DNA of 64,000 nt, from IMG/VR virus record IMGVR_UViG_3300032321_002024, positions 198,604-262,603 of that record. One strand, written 5' to 3'. Positions 9,327-17,417 of this stretch are shown here, piece by piece. The translations under genes and the position numbers were made by a program. This DNA is from a virus. Lineage: Duplodnaviria; Caudoviricetes. The first letter of the stretch is position 1. The number at the start of each line of letters is the position of its first letter. The notes under the pieces are model-generated. The model was not told the DNA's origin and searched no databases. It saw nothing but the letters and a program-made list of their open reading frames with translations.

Positions 9327-10751
9327 ATGAAGTTTCTACAAACATACGAAGGATTGAATAAGGCTTATAGAAATAAGTCACTACCACATGCTGGTGAACC
9401 AATTCACTCAGGTGATAAGATATCTATTTTACAACAAGACTGGTTCGAGAAACTTTTACCTGAAACTTTTACTATACACTCTAATCCAAATATTAAAAAA
9501 TTAAATAAAGACTTGACCATCACTGATATTGATGGAAATAAAGAATATGTTTTTGATAAAAATGAATGCACAATTGATAATGGATTAGTTCAGTTTAGTT
9601 ATTACTACAATAGTGCTGATCAACAAGATGAAAAAAACAAACATAAAAGACCAATACCATTAGATCCTAATTATGTTTTAGAAAATGGTGAGCCATCTAT
9701 GCTTGAATTTGACATACACTTTTCAAAAATAGGACAAGGTGATATTTTTGCAGAAGATGATGAAATAAAAATGCTTGTTGATATTACTTATGGTAATAAT
9801 ATGGCAGTTGAGTTTTCATTGGAAGCTCCTAATAAAATTAATATTGTTCATTATACATCAGTTGGGTCTAAATATGATTCAGAAACACACTGGGGTTTCA
9901 CTCATGAGTCAATCGATGACTTAGTAAAGTTTTTTAATGCGTTTAATCACGGTATAGAACTTACCTCTGATGATTTAAATTTTTTAGATGAAAACTATGA
10001 TAGTTATAAACATCAAGATGAAAATCCGAAACACCTTTATAATGATGATTCAGATTTAATTAAATTTGGAAATTCCTATGAAGAATCCTTCACTGAAAAA
10101 GAAGATATCTTTTTGATTATTAATAATGCTAAATCACCTTTATTTAAATATTTTCCAAAAGTTGCTAGATACTTAAGAGTAAAAGATATTCCTTATAAAG
10201 CAGCTTGTTCACCTGAAGAAGTTCAAAGATATAATCAAGAATATAATATTATTGGATGTTTTTCTACAGGTTCTGACTATAGTATGAAATCACCGGACTC
10301 AAAAGCAGAATTTGCGGCATCTGAGGAAGCACTAAGAATTTTAAAATGTCCTATACTAGCAATGTGTTATGGATTTCAATCAATGGTTAAGTTCTATGGA
10401 CAGAACGTTGATGGTGGTGAATTAAATTGTGGTTTATTTAACCTAACTGATTTTGATTCAGAACATTTTTTATTTAAGAATATTGACCTTACTGAACAAA
10501 AAGTTAATTTCTGTTTCCATGACTATCCGGTTAATGTTCCGGTTGACTTTGAAAATATTGCTATGTTAGGTGAGACAATAGCTGGGATATCTAATAAGAA
10601 TTTAAAAAGGTATGGAATACTTTTTCATCCAGAAGAATTAGAAGAAACTTGCATAATTTTAGATAATTTTGTTAATGAATGTAAAATTTCTACACCTACT
10701 AAATTACTAAAACTTCAAACTTTTGAAAATTTTATTAAAAAATCTTTGTAA
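9327..10751 (+). CDS. Protein with C-terminal class I glutamine amidotransferase domain and packaging-tag-like termini
   Basis: PILAMCYGFQ nucleophile elbow and FHPE motif; N-term MKFLQTYE, C-term LKLQTFENF; late motif at 9313-21. Confidence 0.75.
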   Translation: MKFLQTYEGLNKAYRNKSLPHAGEPIHSGDKISILQQDWFEKLLPETFTIHSNPNIKKLNKDLTITDIDGNKEYVFDKNECTIDNGLVQFSYYYNSADQQDEKNKHKRPIPLDPNYVLENGEPSMLEFDIHFSKIGQGDIFAEDDEIKMLVDITYGNNMAVEFSLEAPNKINIVHYTSVGSKYDSETHWGFTHESIDDLVKFFNAFNHGIELTSDDLNFLDENYDSYKHQDENPKHLYNDDSDLIKFGNSYEESFTEKEDIFLIINNAKSPLFKYFPKVARYLRVKDIPYKAACSPEEVQRYNQEYNIIGCFSTGSDYSMKSPDSKAEFAASEEALRILKCPILAMCYGFQSMVKFYGQNVDGGELNCGLFNLTDFDSEHFLFKNIDLTEQKVNFCFHDYPVNVPVDFENIAMLGETIAGISNKNLKRYGILFHPEELEETCIILDNFVNECKISTPTKLLKLQTFENFIKKSL

Positions 10752-10775
10752 AATAGAAACTTTTTTCTAAATTTG
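10745..10775 (+). promoter_or_regulatory. Bacteroidota sigma70-type promoter of the leader/tRNA operon
   Basis: TTTG (10745-48), 19-nt spacer, TAAATTTG (10768-75). Confidence 0.7.
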
Positions 10776-10823
10776 TATAGAAAATTGATAAACAAACAAA
10801 AATAATTGAATATATACTTAACA

Positions 10824-10916
10824 ATGAAAAACTTAAATGTAAATATCGTAGTAAATCAACAACCGCAGGATCAAGATCGTGTCGGAGTGGCTAACTATGT
10901 CTTTACAATAAGTTAA
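10824..10916 (+). CDS. Putative attenuator leader peptide MKNLNVNIVVNQQPQDQDRVGVANYVFTIS
   Basis: 30-codon ORF; CAA CAA CCG CAG GAT CAA GAT run at 10857-10877 matches the downstream tRNA-Gln/Pro/Asp. Confidence 0.75.
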   Translation: MKNLNVNIVVNQQPQDQDRVGVANYVFTIS

Positions 10917-10951
10917 AAATTTATATAACAAATTTGTAAAACCCGGTTAGT
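10890..10951 (+). promoter_or_regulatory. Putative antiterminator hairpin
   Basis: GCTAACT..GT.TTTACAA (10890-10908) pairs with TTGTAAA-AC..GGTTAGT (10934-10951), sequestering the 5' arm of the terminator. Confidence 0.65.
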
Positions 10952-10976
10952 AATCTAATCGGGTTTTTTTGTTTTT
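10938..10976 (+). terminator. Intrinsic (attenuator) terminator directly before tRNA-Asp
   Basis: ACCCGGTTAG-TAAT-CTAATCGGGT 10-bp stem plus T-tract. Confidence 0.85.
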
Positions 10977-10977
10977 A

Positions 10978-11049
10978 GGTCTATTAGGGTAGTGGTTATC
11001 CTTCCTCACTGTCTATGAGGAGACGCGAGTTCGATTCTCGCATAGACCG
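10978..11049 (+). tRNA. tRNA-Asp(GTC)
   Basis: Acceptor GGTCTAT/ATAGACC; anticodon loop CTGTCTA; T-loop TTCGATT. Confidence 0.9.
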
Positions 11050-11113
11050 CAAGTTGGGTTGTGAGTGACTTCCCGTTTTGGCTTAAGCCTTAGGTATGGA
11101 ACTCTCAAATTTT

Positions 11114-11186
11114 GGTCTATTGGTGAAATGGCTTATCATCCCACCCTGTCACGGTGGAGTAGACGGATCGTAACCGTCATAGACCG
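11114..11186 (+). tRNA. tRNA-Asp(GTC), second copy
   Basis: Acceptor GGTCTAT/ATAGACC; CCACC-CTGTCAC-GGTGG; atypical T-loop ATCGTAA. Confidence 0.85.
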
Positions 11187-11250
11187 CACAAAGTAACTGT
11201 TTGGTGGTGAAAGTACTCTTTAGGGAATAGAGTAAAATAATTCTCAAAAA

Positions 11251-11324
11251 CTAGGTGTAGCTCAGTTTGGTAGAGCGGGGAGTTTGGGACTCTCAGGCCG
11301 CAGGTTCGAACCCTGTCACTTAGA
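11251..11324 (+). tRNA. tRNA-Pro(TGG)
   Basis: CTAGGTG/CACTTAG; GGGAG-TTTGGGA-CTCTC; T-loop TTCGAAC. Confidence 0.9.
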
Positions 11325-11332
11325 CTTAAAAT

Positions 11333-11407
11333 TGTCCTGTAGTGAAATTGGCATCACGTATCATTTTGGCTGATAAGTTTGAGGTTCGAACCCTCACAGG
11401 ACAACCA
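11333..11407 (+). tRNA. tRNA-Gln(TTG) with encoded CCA
   Basis: TGTCCTG/CAGGACA; TATCA-TTTTGGC-TGATA; ends ACCA. Confidence 0.9.
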
Positions 11408-11465
11408 GATATAAGACCTTCCGAGGAAAGACCTTTATTTTAATATATAAAATAAAAAATAAATT

Positions 11466-12281
11466 ATGGAATGGTCGGAAATTGAAATCAATTTTTTAAT
11501 TAATAATTATGAGAAAGGTGTGGATTTTTGCTCAAATGAGTTGAAAAGAACTAAATTGGGAGTTACAAAAAAATTAAAAAAATTAGGATTTAAATTTGTT
11601 AAAATTAAAGAAAAATATAGAAAAAATAATATAGAGATAATTATCAAAGAATCAAAAAGTATTGGAGAAGTTTTAGATAAATTAAATCTGAGAAGAGCGG
11701 GCGGTAACTATGCTGTTATAAAAAAATACATAATATTGTATAATTTAGATATAACACACTTTACAAACGAAAACAACTCTATATTCAATGTAGTTGAAAA
11801 TTTTGTTAAAAAGTCTTTAGAAACCTATCTAGTTGAGAATTCAACGGCATCGAGAGGAAATGTTAAGAGAAGATTGTTAGAAGAGAAAGTTTTAAAAAAT
11901 GTTTGTTCTCTATGTGGACAAGATGAAAACTGGAATGGAATGAATATCTCATTAATATTGGACCACATAAACGGAGTTTATAACGATAATAGATTAGAAA
12001 ATCTAAGAATTGTTTGTCCTAATTGTAATGCCGGATTAGATACACATGCTGGTAAAAACTCTAATAAAAAAGAAAGATCGAAAAAAATAATTGATAAGGA
12101 AATTGAAAAAAGATTGTATAATGAAGGAAGACGAAAGGTAGAGAGGCCTGATTACGAGGATCTAAAAGAAGATGTTTTAAAAAACGGATATTCAGCTACT
12201 GGTAGAAAATATGGAGTTAGCGATAATTCTATCAGAAAGTGGATAAGATACTATGAAAAAATATTAACAATTGAAAAATAA
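11466..12281 (+). CDS. HNH homing endonuclease
   Basis: CSLC...LDHINGVYNDNRLENLRIVCPNCN; C-terminal HTH (GRKYGVSDNSIRKW); free-standing next to the tRNAs. Confidence 0.85.
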   Translation: MEWSEIEINFLINNYEKGVDFCSNELKRTKLGVTKKLKKLGFKFVKIKEKYRKNNIEIIIKESKSIGEVLDKLNLRRAGGNYAVIKKYIILYNLDITHFTNENNSIFNVVENFVKKSLETYLVENSTASRGNVKRRLLEEKVLKNVCSLCGQDENWNGMNISLILDHINGVYNDNRLENLRIVCPNCNAGLDTHAGKNSNKKERSKKIIDKEIEKRLYNEGRRKVERPDYEDLKEDVLKNGYSATGRKYGVSDNSIRKWIRYYEKILTIEK

Positions 12282-12291
12282 AAAAATGAGT

Positions 12292-12684
12292 TTAACTTTC
12301 AGAAATTTCAATCCATCTACCATCAGATAAGAATTGAAATTTACCGATATAGATATATTTATTATTCCATTCTTCTGGTGAAATTATAGAGAGAAACTCA
12401 CCTTCTTCTTTTTCATATAAAAAATATACATGACCGGATATTGGTTCAAAATTGTGTTTTGCTAGATAAAGACGCTCATTTACAGAAATTTCCTTAATCA
12501 ACTTTTGATACTCTTTTTGTATCTCTTCAAATTTAGAAGAAAAATGGTGTTTTAGTTTAGATGTTTTTTCAAGCTTAAATAATTGAATATCATCCGGTGA
12601 AAAGTTCTGAGAACCTAATTCAGTAGGATATTCTTTTAATCTCCTTTCCGGAACATAAGAATCGGGTAGTTTTTTTTCCATCAT
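12292..12684 (-). CDS. DUF2452-like hypothetical protein
   Basis: YLAKHNFEPISGHVYFLY...FLSIISPEEW...DGRW pattern. Confidence 0.6.
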   Translation of the reverse strand: MMEKKLPDSYVPERRLKEYPTELGSQNFSPDDIQLFKLEKTSKLKHHFSSKFEEIQKEYQKLIKEISVNERLYLAKHNFEPISGHVYFLYEKEEGEFLSIISPEEWNNKYIYIGKFQFLSDGRWIEISES

Positions 12685-12745
12685 TTATTATACTGAAAAT
12701 GTTCAATAAAGATTAAACTAAAAAAAATAAAAAAATATATAATAT

Positions 12746-13210
12746 ATGGTTAACCACGTCTACAAAATAAAGTTTGGTAAATCTTCATTTGATTTAAATG
12801 AAGATTATGATAGATTGTCAGAACATGAAAAACAAAAAATTTCAGATTTAGACGCTGAATCTTTTTTTGACTATCAGGATTATAAAGATAGATATATTTG
12901 TTATGTGATTTGTAAACCAACAGAGATATCAAAATATTCAAGTATACTTATTCAAAATTTAATCAGTCATGATGTGTGTGATTTATCTAATGACATACTT
13001 AAATTTAAAATTGATTTAGAAACAGAACTTAAACCATTACTTAGTACAATAAATTCTATCAAATATAGTTTTTTCATAGATGATATCAATGATTGGATAA
13101 TTCAACATTTAAATATTGATGATGTTTTAGATAGAATTTCTGAATTAGGAACGGTAGAACATTTATCAGAAATTGAAAAAGAATTCTTAAAAAACTTTCA
13201 ACTTCCCTAA
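12746..13210 (+). CDS. Hypothetical protein
   Basis: ORF; C-terminal IDDVLDRISELG..LSEIEKEFL helical module. Confidence 0.7.
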   Translation: MVNHVYKIKFGKSSFDLNEDYDRLSEHEKQKISDLDAESFFDYQDYKDRYICYVICKPTEISKYSSILIQNLISHDVCDLSNDILKFKIDLETELKPLLSTINSIKYSFFIDDINDWIIQHLNIDDVLDRISELGTVEHLSEIEKEFLKNFQLP

Positions 13211-13240
13211 TTTATTCTTATATTAGCAAAAAAAAGTATT

Positions 13241-13423
13241 ATGATTAATAAATTTAAAAAATTCAAAAGAAATATTATACAGACTTTCGCACAAGCTTGC
13301 GCCAATGTCTTATTAAAAAAATTAGAAACTGAAATCGACTCTGATTCATTTTTTATCACCTTTGACCAAGCAGTTAAGTTAAACGCTTACTGTATTGTGT
13401 TTCATGAAATTTACTTAGACTAA
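13241..13423 (+). CDS. Small hypothetical protein
   Basis: Stop overlaps the next start (TAATG). Confidence 0.6.
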   Translation: MINKFKKFKRNIIQTFAQACANVLLKKLETEIDSDSFFITFDQAVKLNAYCIVFHEIYLD

Positions 13424-13845
13424 TGAAAAAGATAGGATTTACTTGTTCCTGTTTTGATCTTTTTCATGCAGGACATATTATGATGCTTAAAGAGTCAAAA
13501 TCTATTTGTGATTACTTAATAGTTGGACTTCAAACGGATCCTACAATTGATAGACCTGAAAAAAATAAACCAATACAAAGTATCTTTGAAAGATATGTTC
13601 AATTAGAAGCTTGTAAGTATGTAGATGAAATTGTTGTTTATGCAACAGAAAAAGAATTATTAGATATTTTACATTCTTATCCAATAAATATAAGAATAGT
13701 TGGTGATGAGTATAAAGACAAAGAGTTTACCGGAAAAGAATTATCACATATTGAAATGTATTATAATTCTAGAAAGCACTCGTTTTCGACTACTGAGTTA
13801 AGAATGAGAGTTATTGAAAAATATAAATTAGAAAAAAAGAAATGA
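13423..13845 (+). CDS. Cytidylyltransferase (TagD/RfaE-type HxGH nucleotidyltransferase)
   Basis: CFDLFHAGH, LIVGLQTD, YVDEIV, FSTTELR. Confidence 0.9.
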   Translation: MKKIGFTCSCFDLFHAGHIMMLKESKSICDYLIVGLQTDPTIDRPEKNKPIQSIFERYVQLEACKYVDEIVVYATEKELLDILHSYPINIRIVGDEYKDKEFTGKELSHIEMYYNSRKHSFSTTELRMRVIEKYKLEKKK

Positions 13846-14261
13846 AAAAGTTATTTCTAGACGATATAAGAATTCCAAAAGATGCTATAGGATTAGTTCC
13901 TTCTAATCTTAATCAATTCTATTTTGAAAATGATTGGGTTGTAGTAAGAAATTTTTGGGAGTTCTGTAACTACATACAAAAGTTTGGTCTACCAAACTTT
14001 ATCTCTTTTGACCATGATCTGGCAGATGAGCATTATAACGATCTTTTTTCTGATAAAAATTGGTCAATTCCGGATTCTGATATTGTTTTGAAATATGATG
14101 AATACTCAGAAAAAACAGGATATGAATGTGCTAAGTGGTTAGTTGATTGGTGTTTAGAAAACTCAAAAAAAATACCTGAATTTGTGGTTCACTCAGCTAA
14201 TCCGGTTGGTAAAAAAAATATTGAATCTTATTTAAATAACGCTACTAAACACTTATTATAA
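13842..14261 (+). CDS. Cyclic-phosphate-processing receiver-fold protein
   Basis: LFLDDIR, ISFDHDL, TGYECAKWL, HSANPVG. Confidence 0.8.
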   Translation: MKKLFLDDIRIPKDAIGLVPSNLNQFYFENDWVVVRNFWEFCNYIQKFGLPNFISFDHDLADEHYNDLFSDKNWSIPDSDIVLKYDEYSEKTGYECAKWLVDWCLENSKKIPEFVVHSANPVGKKNIESYLNNATKHLL

Positions 14262-14563
14262 TGGACTTTATCAAAACTCATTTGATTTCAAAAATCAAAA
14301 ACAGTGTAAAGGAAAAACAAAAAATATTAAAGTTTGATGGTTTCTTTTTCTTAGATAATCCTATTGAAGATGGAAAAAAAACTATAAATAGATTGAACCA
14401 GTGGTCAATTTATCCAAAAGAAGAATTAATACCTTTAAATTGGTATCAATTACAAGGAACTTCTCTTTTGGATATTTATTCACAGCTGAAAGAAAATAAT
14501 GTTTATATCTATAAAATGTTAGACGGTAAATCTCATAAAATGAGAATTAAGAAAAAGAAATGA
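14261..14563 (+). CDS. Hypothetical protein
   Basis: Translationally coupled ORF. Confidence 0.65.
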   Translation: MDFIKTHLISKIKNSVKEKQKILKFDGFFFLDNPIEDGKKTINRLNQWSIYPKEELIPLNWYQLQGTSLLDIYSQLKENNVYIYKMLDGKSHKMRIKKKK

Positions 14564-15273
14564 TAGAAACACTTAGAAATGATTTTAAATATATGGTGTC
14601 ATATGATTATGATACCATATATTCATGCGAAGAATCTGGGTGTAATGAAGAAGGAATTTGTAGATGTGGTTGCATCACAAATACTTATTTAAATAAAGTC
14701 GATGTTTCTGCAATAGTTACTAATATTTATTCAGAAATTTTTGACAATTCGATATCTACAAAAAGACATAATGCTATCAATTCACTTTGGGGTATTTCTG
14801 AAGAGATTCAAAAATATACTATTGATAGAATATTAAGAGTAAATAAAATCTGGAAACCACAATTTTGGGATATAAATGTTTCTGGTGGTTATTATGGTCA
14901 GGAAATTGATGAAGTTGTCTTAATAGAAGATGTGGTTCTAAAGATAAACTCTCAATTAGAAAGGGCTTTCCAAATAGACAATCTTTCTGAAAGAGTTGAG
15001 TATTTATTGACTATAGAAAATGGATTTATATTAGACAATATAAAAGACAAAAAATATCACATATCTGTAATTGACATAGATGATATTATTTTTTCAAACA
15101 CAGAACATAAAAGAAAGGTTGTAATTGAAGAATTGGAACACTACTCTGATAGAAATTACTCTGGTATTAGAGGAATTGTAAAAAAAGACGGTCTTAAGTT
15201 TAAATTAATTGATGGTTATCACAGACTTTCTAAAACAGAGAATAAATTAGTTAAAGTCTTAGTTGTTGAATAA
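14560..15273 (+). CDS. Hypothetical protein with N-terminal Cys cluster and C-terminal ParB-like domain
   Basis: CEESGC..ICRCGC; LIDGYHR. Confidence 0.65.
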   Translation: MIETLRNDFKYMVSYDYDTIYSCEESGCNEEGICRCGCITNTYLNKVDVSAIVTNIYSEIFDNSISTKRHNAINSLWGISEEIQKYTIDRILRVNKIWKPQFWDINVSGGYYGQEIDEVVLIEDVVLKINSQLERAFQIDNLSERVEYLLTIENGFILDNIKDKKYHISVIDIDDIIFSNTEHKRKVVIEELEHYSDRNYSGIRGIVKKDGLKFKLIDGYHRLSKTENKLVKVLVVE

Positions 15274-15322
15274 ACTTTTTTACCTGTAAATTATATCACC
15301 TTAAACTAAAATTATTTTTATT

Positions 15323-16090
15323 ATGGCAAATTTTATTTATTCAAGAGTTACTATCGAACCTGAAGAGGCTATGGACAAAATCTGTGATATGATTGAGTCA
15401 ATGCCAGCGGCTGAATATGGTAAAGAAACTACACAAGTTGTTAAAACATTTTACACAGAAGAAGAGCTTAACAGACCTTATAATAACGGTGAAACTCAAT
15501 ATCCAATTACTGATTCTGGTGTGATGCATGGTTGGCTTTATGATAATGTTGGAACTAAATGGATTACCGTTGGAATTGATGATGATATTCGTATTGAGTC
15601 ACCTTCTTATATTTCAGATGGTTTTTTAATCAAACTTTACTCATTATGTGTTGATGAATTTGAAGATGTTAAATTGACTTGTAAATGGTATGACGAAACA
15701 GAAACTCAATGTGGAACCGCTGTTATTTGGAATGGAGTTTATACTGAAGATGAAGAAAATTTAGAAGATGAGGACATTAGTGATCCAGCATATGAAGCAA
15801 CCGGTGAAGAAGATATTGATGAAGTAAAAGATTGGATTTTAGGTGAACTTACTGAGGATTCTTATATGAAATCAGAAGAAGTTGAAGCAATGGATGAAGA
15901 AGGATTAAGAGAATTATTTGAGGATTGGAAAAGACAAGGTAAATGGGATTATATCTCAGAGCGTCAGGAATCTATGTATTACTCTTGCGAAGAAGCAATT
16001 GAAACAGAAGATTTTCAATTTCCAATATCTAAAGTTAAAAAGATTGCAAATAAGAAATTTTCAATGATTGAAAATTGTTATCCTTTCTAA
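15323..16090 (+). CDS. Acidic hypothetical phage protein
   Basis: ORF containing WLYDNVGTKW. Confidence 0.7.
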   Translation: MANFIYSRVTIEPEEAMDKICDMIESMPAAEYGKETTQVVKTFYTEEELNRPYNNGETQYPITDSGVMHGWLYDNVGTKWITVGIDDDIRIESPSYISDGFLIKLYSLCVDEFEDVKLTCKWYDETETQCGTAVIWNGVYTEDEENLEDEDISDPAYEATGEEDIDEVKDWILGELTEDSYMKSEEVEAMDEEGLRELFEDWKRQGKWDYISERQESMYYSCEEAIETEDFQFPISKVKKIANKKFSMIENCYPF

Positions 16091-16093
16091 TTT

Positions 16094-16816
16094 ATGGAAT
16101 TAAATAAAATCTACCACGGTGACTGTATAGAAGGTCTTAAATCAATGTCTGATGCAACTGTTGATTTAGTTGTCACATCACCTCCTTATAATCTTAACAT
16201 TGACTATGCTCATCATAAAGATGATATGAAATTAGAAGCTTACTACAATTGGTGTAAAGAGTGGATATCAGAATGTTATAGAGTGTTAAAACCAGGCGGT
16301 AGATTTTGTTTACAAATTGGATGTTTTCAATCTCAGTTAAATGAACCGAGTTATGCAACATTTACAAATATATTTCAGGAAACAGGATTTACTTTTAGAG
16401 AGTTTATTATTTGGAATAAAAATCAAATTCCTAAAAGAACCGCGTGGGGTAGTTGGAAAAGTCCATCAAATCCACGCATCTTACCACCTTTTGAAATGAT
16501 TATCAATTTTCATAAAGAGTCTCCTAAGATTTTAGAAAAAGGTGAAACTGATTTAACTAAAGAAGAATTCGTTGCTTGGACAAATGGTCTTTGGGTTATG
16601 GCTCCTGAAAGTGCCAAAAAAAGAAATCATCCGGCTCCTTTTCCAGAAGATTTAGCCATTCGTTGTATTAAAATGCACTCTTATATTGGTGGGGTTGTTT
16701 TAGACCCATTTAATGGTAGTGGAACAACTACATCAGTTGCAAATAGATTAGGTAGAAAATATATTGGATTTGATATTACAGAAAATTATTGTCAATTAGC
16801 AGAGGATAGATTATAA
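16094..16816 (+). CDS. DNA methyltransferase (N4-C/N6-A, beta class)
   Basis: VVTSPPY catalytic motif, HPAPFP, VLDPFNGSGTT. Confidence 0.92.
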   Translation: MELNKIYHGDCIEGLKSMSDATVDLVVTSPPYNLNIDYAHHKDDMKLEAYYNWCKEWISECYRVLKPGGRFCLQIGCFQSQLNEPSYATFTNIFQETGFTFREFIIWNKNQIPKRTAWGSWKSPSNPRILPPFEMIINFHKESPKILEKGETDLTKEEFVAWTNGLWVMAPESAKKRNHPAPFPEDLAIRCIKMHSYIGGVVLDPFNGSGTTTSVANRLGRKYIGFDITENYCQLAEDRL

Positions 16817-16836
16817 TTTTTTATTATATTTGTGAT

Positions 16837-17415
16837 ATGATATTATACATAGTTGATACGATAGATAATGGTATAAAGATTTTTGAGTGTGAGAAAAAAC
16901 TTAATACTTATTTGACTAACGAGAAAATCGTTGGCAAGAATATTAATCATTATAATGTGACCACTTATGAAGCTGAAGTAAAATCAACATCTAACGGATT
17001 AAATATTATTGAAAACTATTCTTCATCTATTACAAGAGATAACAAATTAGACGCTGCTTTAGGAGATGAATATGCTTCTAATGTAGAGAGGTTGAAGCAA
17101 ATGATTATTGAATTGGCTAAACCTGGTAAACAAAAAGATGCATTTATCTCAAAGTTAAATATCACTACTTTTTCTAAATCTGAAATATCTGCGTTACTTA
17201 GAGGTCACATTGATTTTATTCTTTATGAATTTCCTTTAAGTCTTGCTGATTGTTTAGAATACTACAAACTTTTACTTAAACTTCATAATTTTAGAAATAT
17301 TAAAGATAGGTTTGTGAGAGAAACTTATAATAGTAGTGGTTATCTACACTCAAGAAGTAATTGTGTTACCCCTGAAAGATGTTTGACTAATTTTAAATTA
17401 GCAAAAGGAGTTTAA
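16837..17415 (+). CDS. Hypothetical protein (likely leaderless; internal RDNKLDAAL motif)
   Basis: ATG 4 nt after TATATTTG (16825-32). Confidence 0.7.
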   Translation: MILYIVDTIDNGIKIFECEKKLNTYLTNEKIVGKNINHYNVTTYEAEVKSTSNGLNIIENYSSSITRDNKLDAALGDEYASNVERLKQMIIELAKPGKQKDAFISKLNITTFSKSEISALLRGHIDFILYEFPLSLADCLEYYKLLLKLHNFRNIKDRFVRETYNSSGYLHSRSNCVTPERCLTNFKLAKGV

Positions 17416-17417
17416 AA

